64,000 nucleotides of DNA, taken from positions 100,814,001 to 100,878,000 of the forward strand of contig NC_087437.1 of NCBI RefSeq assembly GCF_036321535.1, written 5' to 3'. The first letter of the stretch is position 1; each line of letters starts with the position of its first letter. Position numbers and translations under genes: made by a program. The notes under the pieces were generated by a model, which saw nothing but the letters and a program-made list of their open reading frames with translations, had not been told where the DNA came from and searched no databases. Origin of the DNA: Camelus dromedarius. Taxonomy: Eukaryota. This document shows, piece by piece, positions 27,222-39,529 of this stretch.

Positions 27222-27349
27222 TAAAAAAAAAATTTTTTTATGGGGGGGGGTAATTAGGTTTTATTTATTTATTTTTTAGAGGAGGTCCTGGGGATTGAAC
27301 CCAGGACCTTGTCTTGTCCTCTACCACTTGAGCTATACCCTCCCCCACA
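27222..27349 (-). mobile_element. tRNA-derived SINE, camelid vic-1-like, with target-site duplication
   Basis: 'gaggtcctggggattgaacccaggacctt...ctctaccacttgagctataccctcccc'; flanked by CTTTTAACTT at 27212-27221 and 27350-27359. Confidence 0.85.
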
Positions 27350-27757
27350 CTTTTAACTTGTTTTTAATAATTAAATTTGTTTAAGAGTTATTCTTATTTT
27401 ACACTTTTGACCTTTTTGCTTCCCTTTCTGTATCTACCTGATATTTCTTTAGCTATTTTCACCTGCTATGGGTATCAATTTACAAAATCTAAGTCAGAAG
27501 AATTATAACTTCCCTTCACAAAAATTTCCTTGAGATACTGTGTTTAAAAGTTTATGTTACAAGTTTATTAGGGAATCAATTTGCCTTTATAAGTCGAAAG
27601 TAATAATCTAGAAAATAAACTTATGCAATGGTTCAATGGGGGAAGCCTTGGCAGAGTGTTGCTGTTTTGACAGGTTCTTTAATTTTAATTTGTAGTAAGT
27701 AGTATTATGAATATAGCTCAGATAATCAATACATGGGCATCTTTTTTTTTTTTTCAG

Positions 27758-28067
27758 GCCAAAAGGTATGTTTTGCTGATTACAAGCACCCATGCTACAA
27801 GATGGCCTACTTCCACGAGCTGTCCAGCCGGGTGAGCTTTCAGGAGGCGCGCCTGGCCTGTGAGAGTGAGGGGGGAGCCCTGCTCAGCCTCGAGAATGAA
27901 GCAGAACAGAAGTTAATTGAAAGCATGCTGCAAAACCTGACAAAGCCAGGAACGGGGATTTCGGATGGCGATTTCTGGATAGGGCTCTGGAGGAATGGAG
28001 AGGGGCACACATCTGGTCCCTGCCCAGATCTCTACCGGTGGTCCGACGGAAGCAGTTCCCAGTACCG
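27758..28067 (+). CDS. CHODL: Chondrolectin coding exon 2 (C-type lectin domain, N-terminal part)
   Basis: Poly-T tract plus CAG acceptor; QKVCFADYKHPCYKMAYFHELSSRVSFQEARLACESEGG...FWIGL...YR; GTGAGT donor; 310 nt. Confidence 0.98.
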
Positions 28068-28195
28068 GTGAGTAGGGATCCTGACCAGTCAGATGTGCTC
28101 TGGAGGGGCGTGGAGGGCAAAGGACAAGGGGAGATTTCTGTTACTCAGAGTAGAATGGGCAGAATCAAAGTGTGGCTGCTGGCCTGTATTTGCAG

Positions 28196-28353
28196 AAACT
28201 GGTACACTGATGAACCTTCCTGTGGAAGTGAAAAGTGCGTGGTGATGTATCATCAACCAACGGCCAATCCTGGCCTTGGGGGTCCCTACCTGTACCAGTG
28301 GAATGACGACAGGTGCAACATGAAGCACAACTACATCTGCAAGTATGAACCAG
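28196..28353 (+). CDS. CHODL: Chondrolectin coding exon 3 (C-type lectin domain, C-terminal part)
   Basis: NWYTDEPSCGSEKCVVMYHQPTANPGLGGPYLYQWNDDRCNMKHNYICKYEP; TGCAG acceptor, GTAGG donor; 158 nt. Confidence 0.98.
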
Positions 28354-31300
28354 GTAGGAGGCCCTGGAAGTCTCTGTGCAAGCAGATGTGGTGCATATTC
28401 GCTTATATTAAGTTTTGTCTTTACCCTTCGCTACCCTGGGCTCTTTGAATTTTTCTGCTGTGGAACATGGAGTTACTTTGCAGCCTGATGATCCTCTAGT
28501 AAAGCACACTGTGCTGTAGAGCAAACTGCACAATGAGTTAAACAGAACGGAGTAACTAGAAACATCTGGAGAGGGGTCTTAAAGAGAAATTAATTGTCTC
28601 TGTTATTAAAGGCAAGTTGTGTTTTTGTAAACAGTTTTTTTATGGAGAATACATACCTATTTTAAAATATTTAAACATTGAGTATAGTGTGTGTGAAGTA
28701 GGTATAAGTCTCCACACACCAATAGGTTTACACATCTGGTCAGTAGTTCCTTAGATGATTTTCTGGGGAATTTAAGAGAACAAAGCATTCTCCCGGGACG
28801 TTGGCTTATCATGTCACGGCGTGAAACTTGGTGTGTACTCCTCAGTGGAAGTCAGACTGGTCACGGCTCAAAGAAACTTGGTGCAAAAAAGTCAGGGCGT
28901 GCGCCGTGCTCTTCCTGCGATCCTCGTTCTTGGGAATGTGCCACCTCAGTTTGCTTTTGGTTGAAGGTTCCAGATTCTTGCCACGTGCGGCACATGAGGA
29001 GCTTGCACTGGCCTGAGCTACACTGGTGTTGTTTCCTGTTGAAACATTAAGTTTGAATTATTTTACACAGGACAATTCAACTGAATTGCTATTTGACCAA
29101 AAGAGAGACTAATCAGAACTATGTAAACTCAACTCTTTAATCGTCTAAGGAAGGCCAATCAGATACTAAGGCTTTAAGGGTTTTTGCTGTTTTTCTCCTT
29201 CTTTATGTTGGGAAGTTTCATTTCAACTCTTCCAAGTGCTGTCTGTCTGCTCGACCTCGTAACCTTGGTTCACGAAGGCAATTATAATCAAGTACTGCTA
29301 TTTCCATTATTCTCCTGAAATTACATGATTCTTTTTCTCATAAGACTGTGAAGCCCAGGGGATTATTTGGATTAGATTTACCCTTCTCATATTTATCCTG
29401 TTCTTGAGTATATTAGCCTACATTCTTTATCCCTGGTGAGTTTATTTAAACCCCTTGGTGGCTACATCCATCATTACCCTCTTAGAAGCTTTTGCAAAGC
29501 TAAATCTGTTATGCACTTGGGCTCCTTTCTCTTGATTTTTTTTTTGTTGTTGTTGTTAGAACAATATAAAGTTGAAACTCTCTGATATTTTAAATTTGTG
29601 ACACTATGTGCTTGAAACTTAAATGAAACCAAGTGTATTATAGAGTATTCTTAATACAATATTATCTTCTCCTTTCTTTGAGCTTTTAGGTGACTCTTCA
29701 TATGTTATTTTATGTCATACTTATTACATTATTCAGGACACTATCACCCTTAGAATCTTCTTTACTTGTTTTATATTAGGTAGACTAGGTTTATATTATG
29801 CATGGAAGAGCATTTTAGACATAAAATAATTTTTTCCTTATCTTCTAAATTCTACCTGAATCTTCAAATGCCTATATTTGTGCAAAATTCTTTTATGTAT
29901 TTATTGTTTTTGAAGCACATGTATACTTATACAGTTGGTCTTATTAATGTACTTAGAATTTTTATTATTTATTTTACTCTAAATATTTTCATCTTTATTT
30001 CTTTTCTGTGGAGTTAACCTTCTTTCCTTGAACTTAGTGTCTTCTGTATGACAGATGTTGGTTTGATTAAATTCCTTGCTTGTATAATCAGTGCTTTTTT
30101 GGTGGTGAGTAGTTATTTTTTCAGTGATGAGAGGAGTGGAGGATCAAGTGTCAGGACTAAGTAAAATTTACAAATTATACCACTAATTGTTTTGATCTTT
30201 ATTCTCCCATTATCCCAGAAGTACTACATGATTTGAACTTAGTCTCCTCTTTCTGCTTCTACATACCATCCAATAGCATGATTAATGATATCCCAAGTAG
30301 TGAAAAATTAACCTGGCCATCTGGAAACTGAGTAATTCATTTCTGAGCTTTCTCACTCTCTTCTCCACCTTTTGTTGGTTACTGTCCTGTGAGTTGCATA
30401 TCTTTTCTTTGGGTCTACCAATGTTAATCCAAAGACAATTATGAGGGGATATTTTTTACTCTAACTTTCATATTTATTAAAATTACATTAAGAGCTCTTA
30501 GACATTAAAAATGGTATGTATGAGATTATGTTCCTAAAATTCTGTTACTTAATCAGCAATTGCATTAATTTAAAGTTTGGTAAAATATTTTGAGGATGAC
30601 CAATTCTGTGTTGCTAAATTGCATAATATCTGTATTATCTGTTCAGCAAATATCAGTTGAGCATCCAGGGGCATAGAGTGCCTGTATTCTGCAGAAGAAT
30701 GCGCATAGGGTAGGACTCTGTCTGAAGCCAAGAGGAGGCAAAGTGTCAGGGTAAAATATGTATATAAGAATAATAAATGTTATTATAGGATGCTGTATGA
30801 TTAAGCTTCCAGTAAACAGAGACCACGTGGCCCAATTAGAGTAGTAAACATTCCATTAAAAATGATTTAATATTGTAAAACTAATGTAAGACGCTACAGG
30901 TTTTTTTTTTTTTCTTTTCCATTAATCGACAAAAATAGAGAATTATACTTTTGGAACAAATAAAAACAAATTTACAGGATTTTTTCTTAGTAATTAAATT
31001 TATTTTCACTAAACCAGATCACGGTAAGAAGTTTTAACAGTTTTCAGGTGTATGGTAATTGAAGCAATCTTGCCTCATAAAACCACAGAAAGAAACAACT
31101 CGCAAACCCTAGTTTATTATTATTATTATTTTTTAAAGAAGTAGACCCTATTGGAAAGGAAAACTAAGGATGGCATTGCTTGTAGGGGAGAGAAACATGC
31201 TTTAGAACATTTTTCCTTGAATCACCAATCCCAGGTGCAGTTTATATGCAGTCATCTGCTGCTTATTATTGTGGGGAGAAATCATACACTGATTATGGTA

Positions 31301-31704
31301 TAGGAATCCTCCCTGCTGGTTGTTGAATTGCAGTTAGTGTCTCACATTCTTGTATATCTTTACCTGGCTTTGCACCTCCTTTGTCACTCTTGCCTCTAGT
31401 AGGGTTGCCATCAGCACAGGCACTTTGGGGTTTGCTAAATGCACGTTGGGGTTGTAGGGATCCACCCAGTGGATCCAAGTTGCCAAGATTCACCAAGTAG
31501 ATCCTTTGTTCAAAGATAATTAAGTGTTGACTTTACAGTTAGGTAATTTCATATAAATTTAAATCCAAGATAGAATTAGTTGTAAATTGTTCAGAAAACG
31601 AAACTATGATGTTTATATTGTCTTATAATAAACTTCTATTTTCATCCACATTTGGATTTGTCTTGTTTATCAGTATATATGATACCTGTACTTACTATTT
31701 ACAG

Positions 31705-31791
31705 AGATTAATCCAACACCTCCTGTGGAAAAGACTTATTTCACAAATCAACCGGGAGACACTCATCAAAATGTGGTTGTTACTGAGGCAG
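31705..31791 (+). CDS. CHODL: Chondrolectin coding exon 4 (stalk)
   Basis: TTTACAG acceptor; EINPTPPVEKTYFTNQPGDTHQNVVVTEA; GTAATT donor; 87 nt, phase 1-1. Confidence 0.96.
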
Positions 31792-32124
31792 GTAATTAGT
31801 TCAAATATCTTTAACTCATCTATGAAGAGCAGAAAATGTACTTTCAAACTTTGCTTCATGTTGACCCCGACTTTTCTTGTTGCTTAGTGATAAAATAGTG
31901 CACAAAATATAGGCCTATGGAAATTTGCTTTAGGACTAGGTTAGAACCAATGATGTTAGGCTGGGTTTTGAATAGAAAAATCTGTTTTGTTTTCTTCTTG
32001 TTTTCACTTTAAGTGGGTATATCTAGTACTAAGTCTTCCACATGAAAACATAGATCCACAAGGAAATTCCCCAGTATGGAAGTGTTATGATGTAAATTGG
32101 CAGATTCAGTGGCCTATAAACGGG

Positions 32125-32300
32125 AATACTGGTAAATGTTTAGGGACTGACTCGGGTAGGATGGGTTTTTTTAAAGCCTAATTTGTAGATTTTGAGTTTT
32201 CTATGGTGTGAATACTTCCACTCTGGCCAATTTCAAGCTACAAAGTGACATCTGAACGGCAGGTTGGGTAGCAGGTATAAATGAGCTTTCAACTCAGTGT
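32125..32300 (+). mobile_element. MER63-like hAT DNA transposon remnant
   Basis: 'ctggtaaatgttta...gtgtgaatacttccactctggccaatttcaagcta'; a related copy lies at ~45640-45820. Confidence 0.55.
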
Positions 32301-33675
32301 CCTCAGATACCACTGTCTGCAGAAGACACGAAATGCAATCCCAATGCAAATTTCATGTTGGTCAAAAACTGCTCTTAGTATCAGTTAGGGGTATGTTTCA
32401 GTGTGTCCTGATGCCAGTTGGACAGAAATACTAATTTATACTAGTTACTTTGTGAAGATTGAGCCAAAGACCCGAAGTCTCAAAATCTTTCCACAGGTTA
32501 TCCAAAATCCATGAAAGAGTAGGAAATACTTTCTCTTTTTCTTTATTCTTATATATAAAGGATCATGATGGTATTTTGAATAGGAAAGGAAATATTTCCT
32601 GAATACTTAAAAAGTTTAAACTCACATGTTGGAGGCTCAAGAGTCAGTGAAAACATAGCAGATTATCCCCAAAACTCCTCATCACTGGACCTTGCTTAAT
32701 TTTTCTTCTAAAGTTAACAAAGGAAGTGATGTGCAATAAAATGGATAGTTTGGTCTAAGTCCTGTCCACTTTGACCAAAATTATTTAGATTAATTATTAT
32801 GATAGCTTTTGATTTGCTAGTTAGATGCATAATTTTCCAATTTGCTTTTCTTTTATTGACTTGATATTAAGCCTTAGCACTTTTCACCTTTTCACTTTCA
32901 GGTGTCTAACTTTAAAACCATTCAGAACATGTAAATCTAAATTAATAGATCAGTAAATTATTATATTAGGAATAGTTTCCCTCTTATAATGTTGAAAAAT
33001 TGTTTAATAAAGTCATTTTAAGTTATATGGGACTTCTGTGTGGCTGTTTTTTATTCCAGCAAGAATATCTAACATTATCATGTGTAATAGAAGAGGATTT
33101 AAAAATGACTCATTTTAGAATTTAATTAAGATCAAGTGTTTAAGCCTCTGGAATCTTATGTCTCTAGGTTATGACTGTAGCATTGGTTAATGTTTACATA
33201 TTTTTTTTTTAAGCCCAGAGAGTCATGAATATCATCATGGCACTGAGCTTATTAGTAGGATAATTGCATATCCAATAAATCAAGAATTATATTAATAATC
33301 ATTATTCTTTAATAATCAGTGCTTATTTCTCTAAGTAATAACTGACAAGGATTAATGAAGTGAGATAGCTTAGATTATTAATATGTTATGGAAACCAGTC
33401 CCAATCTGAATCGCAGATTTAATCATAGTTTTGGAAATAGGGATATTTAACTGGAGCATGACAACCATGCAGTATGATTTTGTTTTTAATTTTTTACCAA
33501 ACATGAATATATTACTTCATCAGGTTATTCAGTATTTGGGGAAGAACCTTGCCTGGAATTTACTTATTGATAATAATTCTATTTTGCCTTAACTTTTTGG
33601 AAAGTTTTTTACAACTCTGATATTAGAATCCTGCCTCAACTATGTCTTTACATTAAGACTGTTTTACTTTTATAG

Positions 33676-33778
33676 GAATAATTCCCAATCTAATCTATGT
33701 TGTTATACCCACCATCCCACTGCTCTTACTGATACTGGTTGCTTTTGGAACCTGCTGTTTCCAGATGCTACATAAAAG
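33676..33778 (+). CDS. CHODL: Chondrolectin coding exon 5 (transmembrane helix)
   Basis: TTTATAG acceptor; GIIPNLIYVVIPTIPLLLLILVAFGTCCFQMLHK; GTAAAT donor; 103 nt. Confidence 0.97.
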
Positions 33779-33959
33779 GTAAATAACTCACATATGTAGA
33801 GACAACTTAAAAAGCTTTAAGTAGGTTTTCAGAACTCTTTAAAAATTTAATATACAAGCATGTATTTAATTTGCCGTAAGAAAGTTCTGATTTTCATATC
33901 TGTCAGTACAGATCCAGTATATATAATCTAAAAATATACCTCATGATTATGGGATTCAT

Positions 33960-34105
33960 GAATTATCTCATTTAATCCTCACAAACCAAATGAAGTAGGT
34001 ACCCTTCTGCTTCTGTTTTTCAGTTGAGAAGATGGCGGCTTGGATGGGTTTCCCAGTTTGCCTTGGGTCTCATAGCTGGAGGGTGTGGTGGGTCTGAATG
34101 TGAAT
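33960..34105 (-). mobile_element. MIR SINE
   Basis: 'ttatctcatttaatcctcacaa...tgaagtaggta...ttttcagttgagaa' antisense MIR core. Confidence 0.7.
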
Positions 34106-35363
34106 GCTTATTAGCTTACAAAGTGTGCAACTATACTGTGCTGTCTCTTGTTAATTAAGCATAAGCTTGAGTGCTAAACCTTTCAATCTTGACCTCAAGT
34201 TGTATGCAAGGCTTGAGTCTTGTAGGTGCTTTGTAGTTCCTTTTCAAAACTCGAAGTCACAGGATCTTTTAAGTGTAGGAAATACAGTACAATGGTAAAA
34301 ATGTATCGCTTTTTAGTAGACATCTTGAAATAAAATGATATATCTTAACAGCAAGATTCTTTTACATCTGTTTACTCATACCCCTAAGTTAGAAGTGAAA
34401 CTTTTTCATGTGTATCAATTTTCCAAGTAAACTAAAACATTAATATGTGAAATATCAATGTGTATCAAAGGAAAAGGAAAAGATGGTGGGTTTAAATGTA
34501 TGCCTGCTTGCTAGAATAAACTAGACATCTTTGTCAGAGTGTTTTAAATAAAAACCAATTAAGAGAATGCTTCCCTCGGGGAAGGACCTGCAGATAAGTC
34601 ATTTTTCTCTTTTGACTTTACTTCATCATCTGCTTTTCTTGAAATGAACCTTAAAGAATCCACTAAGTAAAAGAGCCCTGAGAAAAAAATAAATAGCCAT
34701 AAACTAAATGGTTCACATAAATTTTTTAAAAGAATCCAACCTGTGATTTACTGGCTATTTAAATAGACATTTTGAATAATGATAAATAAAGCCTGGCAAA
34801 TTAGTACTACATTTTGTGTTCTCTAGGCTTTCATGTATTTTTTTTTATTTTTTATTTTATGTCACATTTAAAATTCTTTTTCAGTATTTTGTATAGAATA
34901 AAGACAATAGTCAGTGTCTAATCTCTACCTTAATTCCTAAGTCTATAGACGTAAAGATAATTTATCATTATGAAAAACAGTAAATTAGAGGGAGATTTGA
35001 TAGAAATCCCCCCATAACCCAGCCAAACTCTTGAGAAATAACTATAAATAACAAATCAGTGTGAAAAATATTTGAAAAAAATATGTAGACCTTCTCATTT
35101 TTAAAATTAAAATTACTAAAGTGCTACTGACTGAGTTTTCTCCAAAATTTGTTTTCCTTCTTCCAAATAGTGTGTTATTATGCAGATTCTGCGCATTCTA
35201 AATTCTTTCAGGTTTTTATACTCTGAAGACCTCTGTGAAGTTTTCACTTATGTGGAATTCTCAGAGTGAGAAAATAAACCGAAACAGAGTCGTCCAGATG
35301 CCGGAATTAGCTGTAGTGCTTAATTCATTCTTTCTTAGATCCTCCCCTTTTCCTTTCTTCCAG

Positions 35364-35484
35364 GAGAGCAAGGAGACACTTCATCAAAGACTCAACTCCA
35401 TTATCATCTGAGTGCCTTGCAGAAAGTTTAAATTCCAATCTGGTACACATGATGGTTTCTCATTCCATGTCATGTTCAAAATAA
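35364..35484 (+). CDS. CHODL: Candidate alternative terminal coding exon of CHODL (different cytoplasmic tail)
   Basis: Long pyrimidine tract plus CAG (35341-35363); frame continues exon 5 as RRARRHFIKDSTPLSSECLAESLNSNLVHMMVSHSMSCSK*; AATAAA at 35521. Confidence 0.7.
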
Positions 35485-36716
35485 TAAGTCTTGTTTCCTT
35501 AACTGTAGTAACTTAAATGAAATAAATACTAATGCTACACAAAAGCCACATTAATAACTTAACCACCTCCCCCCCTCCTTTTTTTAAACCGTTTAGAAAA
35601 ATCTCATGTTTTTCATAAACTTCGCTTGGCTTATTTTCCATTCGTGTTAGAGGACTTCATAGATAGAGATGTATTGACCTTACTTAATTGGATGCATATC
35701 TCCAAAATGTGTCATATAATAACTTGTTAGTAACCAATTCACAGGTAAATTGAGGTCAGTTAAGTCATATGATAACATTGTATTGCTCAGGCTTGTTCAG
35801 GAAGACTTCTTTCTTTGCAGGAATTCTGCAGCATCTGATAGTGAGTGGATGGGATGAGGTAGAAGGAATGCCTGGGGGATTGGGGCAGATGCTGGTGGAG
35901 GGGGGGATGTCTGCAGGAGAAAGAAAGTACAGGACCCAATAGACAGGGACAGCAAGTGGCTAGTGATCCAGACGAGGACTCCTTCCTAGGAAACTAGACC
36001 AAAAGGCACCTAGACCTTGATAAGTATCTGGAAGAGGATGACTTGAGTAAACTCAGGAACAGTCACTTTTGCGGGAGTCTTTGAAATGGCCATTTTATGG
36101 AAGAAGTTAGAAGCCATCACAGCCTGAGGTACAGGCTACAGATCTAGAGGACCTCAGATACGCCTGACTTATCAGACCTGAATCTGGTTTGAACTACGTT
36201 TGTCTCAGAGACTGAAGCAAAATTAAAACTTTCAGGGATTCAGTGACTTAACTATAGGACAGAAAAAGTGATGGGAGGAGGGGACTGGGAAAGTCCTTAT
36301 ACTTAGGACAAAAGCACTGTTTTGATGATTTGGCATTAAATACATCATTTATTAGTGGCAGATTATTCAAAAAGCAAAATTATAAAAATCCTTGATCAAA
36401 GAAAATGAAGATTTATTGATGACAATAAAAATTTTGATACTATGTCAGACACATTTTTGTGTATCTGAATTCTAAACAATGAGGGGTCAGAGAAAGATCT
36501 GTTTTATTTAATTTTTCATTATTTCATATGAACTGCTTACCATCTTCACATACTGGAACAATCTAGAATTTTTTATAGGAATGAAAACATACGCTGCTGA
36601 GAGAAGAAAGACTCTTTCATGATAAGGGTCTGACATATCTCCATGTGGACCAAGACGTGCCTAGTTTGATAAGAAAAGTCTCAGACATTGAACTCACTTC
36701 TTCTTCTGTTTTTCAG

Positions 36717-36801
36717 TAAAGGAAGAACAAAAACTAGCCCAAACCAGTCCACACTGTGGATTTCAAAAAGCACCAGAAAAGAAAGTGGCATGGAAGTGTA
36801 A
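36717..36801 (+). CDS. CHODL: Chondrolectin coding exon 6 (cytoplasmic tail and stop)
   Basis: TTTTCAG acceptor; SKGRTKTSPNQSTLWISKSTRKESGMEV then TAA TAA; completes an 822-nt, 273-aa CDS. Confidence 0.97.
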
Positions 36802-38100
36802 TAATTCAGTGGCTTGGCTCCAGAAGGAGTTTTGCAATTCTGGATCTGTGTAAGGAATGGCATCAGAACCTAAGCTTGGAATGGCTTTGAAATCTCAAAG
36901 GATCTGCAAGATGAACTGTAAGCTCCCCCTTGAGGCAGATATTAAAATAATTTTATATGGTTACTTTTTCATTTACAAACTACGCTATGCTAATAATGGA
37001 GTGAGACATGCTTATTTTGCTAAAGGAAGCACCCAAACTTCAAGTAAATGGGATAGACCATGCAGATAAAATTGCTGTCAACACGTCACAGAAGTATGTG
37101 CATTGGAAGCAGTTATTTTTGTCTCTTTCACCGTTCATAAGTTGTAATCTAGTTAATGTAATGTAAATCGCATTGCAATTTACAGTGTGCAAAAGTATTT
37201 TTCCTTTACATACGTGTTTGATAAAAGTGGACTGTTCTAATATTTATTTTTACGGTGTTTCATTTTTCAGTACATGCTGTTTTGACTAAAGAAATTTATC
37301 ACTGTTGTCAAGTGACTTCACACACACATAAATACATTACCATAGGAAAAAATGTCTTTTCTAGAAATGGCTCATCCTCTTTTACTTTCTCTGCTTTGGG
37401 TCAGACTGTGTGTAGAAAATGTCTTCAGAAGTAAGAAGTTATTTCATGAACTGTGGTATCAGTCTACTCAAATATTTTACTTAGAGGCAAGGATTGTCTG
37501 ATTTCGATTGTGCAAGATGTGTGCCTTACAATTATTTTTAATTTAAAATTCAACAGATTTTGTAAGAACTTTGTTAATAGTTATATAAACAAAAATATAC
37601 TCAATTTCGAACAAAAAAAGTGGCATACACAATATAAATCATCTGTCTTCACATGTTGCCTATTATAACCACAAGTAGCTCTATGAGGGTTCTGGAATTG
37701 ATGTGGTCCCTCCCTTGCCCACAAAGCAAAGATGGTGGTTTGGGTCTGGGATTACCCCGGAGGTGGATTCGCTGCAGAGTTTGCCTAAGGCTTTTCCTAC
37801 CTGGTTAGCCTCTATCAGCATATAAAGGGGCTTTACAGTTGGGACTAGGTGAATGGTCACCGCTGCTGTGGACTTAAGGCCCAGCACACTGACATTTCCA
37901 GGAGGAAAGAAACTATGAACTAGTATGAAAATGGGTTGCAAGACATCAATGTCATGTGTTCGTTGTCGAGGGTGTGGCGAGGACAGTAATCTGGGGCGCC
38001 TCTGTCCTAATCTTCTAGTTTCTTCAATGCTTGTGGCTCCTTCTTCTCAAGAGAGCTGTACCTATCTGGTCGTCAAATGTCTCTGTGCTCCTTTTAATCA

Positions 38101-38106
38101 AATAAA
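38101..38106 (+). terminator. CHODL: CHODL polyadenylation signal (3' UTR ~1.3 kb)
   Basis: AATAAA followed by GT-rich sequence; I saw no earlier AATAAA after the stop. Confidence 0.7.
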
Positions 38107-39357
38107 AAGTTCGTGTTCCTGAAGAATGATCATTGGTGTTATCTAAATCTCTTAAGTGCACAATATACAGATGTGTTTGCAACAATATATGGGAACAGAT
38201 TACTGTTGTGTGTGGTGAGAATGGAAGTCATGGGTGTAGAGTGTTTTAAACCTCATCTTTTCAGTTAGATTCAGTTAGATAAAAACGTGCTTGCATTAAA
38301 GAAATTCACAAGTCCAGTTGGTGGGCAAAAGTAAGAGGCAAAATAGAAATCAGTGGGCATCAGTCCCTTTTCAGCTGCTCAGTGACTGAGGAATTGGGCA
38401 GCTGTGTTCTAAGCTTAGATGTGCCCACATTTAGCACTCCTCTTTCTTTTCCTGGCCACCCATCTTTCTGGGCAGAACAGGAGACCAGCTGCTGGGATCC
38501 CCCTCCTGCCTGCCAGCTCCCACCATGCACTCCTTTAGTCAGGACTTGACAGAGGGAGACGAGGCTTTCCCCACTGTCTATGCCACCCATGGCTACAACA
38601 GCTGCAGGGTGGGAGAGGCAGAGCAATGGGGAAGGGACTTGATTTTGCCTTTGATCTTGATCCAGGACTGGATTACTCTTCTGGTATCGATTACTAAACC
38701 CATAAGTTACGCAGGGTGGGCCAATGAACTTCTCTCTTATTAGAAGATGGCAGAGAGGCTGTCCTCAGGGTTTCTTAAGCTGACCTTTGAAAAATAAAAA
38801 ATAAAAATATATCTGTTGTGAGTATTTGTATTCTCAGAACATACTTGGACTGTGTGTTCTGAAATGCAGGTGGATTGTGAAACTATATTCAGGGGTTAAA
38901 ATCAAACAACACACCCCACCCTGCTGCTCCATTGTTCCTAAACACTCCGTCTTTCCTATCTGAAACAGGTCATTGGACAGGTCTTAAAAAGAATAGAGTG
39001 TTCAGGGACTCCCAGTTTTTGTCCTAAGAATAAATCCCATGATTATTAACCAGAAATTTGTAGTCCTCAACCATCTGGCCACACCTTCTCGATCATTCCC
39101 CAGAGAGAGAGTCTTCTGGTAGGACAACTCATGATTATCTACTGCCCCTTCTCCCTAAACTTTCAGGGTCACTCCCACCTACACAGTGGTCTCCAGTGCC
39201 TCTTCAATATGTCAGTAAAGATTACTCCTCTCGGGTGTAGCCCACATCTCCTTTCTTCCATAAGAAAGGCCAATATCAACTGACTGATCCCTTCTTCCAA
39301 TTCTTTTAAACCTTACTCTCTCCTCTATTACTTTGGACCTTATAGACTCATGCAAGA

Positions 39358-39392
39358 ATGTGTGTGTGTGTGTGTGTATACATGTGTGTGTT
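39358..39392 (+). repeat. (TG)n microsatellite, interrupted
   Basis: tgtgtgtgtgtgtgtgtgtatacatgtgtgtg. Confidence 0.9.
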
Positions 39393-39529
39393 TGAATGTG
39401 CCCATTTGTATTAATTTGTATGAATTTAATCTTCCTGAAGAAATCAGTAGATTTTGTGTTGTAAGCTAAACTGAAGTTTGCACTTACTCTGGAAATGATC
39501 CAGGAGACTAAAGCAGTGAAGCCAATTCA

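Noticed and set aside
28038..28448. ORF running through the 128-nt intron 2 into exon 3
   Set aside because: Intron length is not a multiple of 3, and the exon 2 frame stops at once (CGG TGA); the extension looks incidental
31458..31476. Perfect 8-bp inverted repeat GGATCCAC-cca-GTGGATCC
   Set aside because: Too short to exceed chance in 64 kb; no pre-miRNA-length stem
35770..36330. Purine-rich block resembling an ancient LTR; similar blocks at ~16400-16950, ~38390-38790 and ~57230-57500
   Set aside because: Cannot assign a family or boundaries by eye; needs a Dfam search
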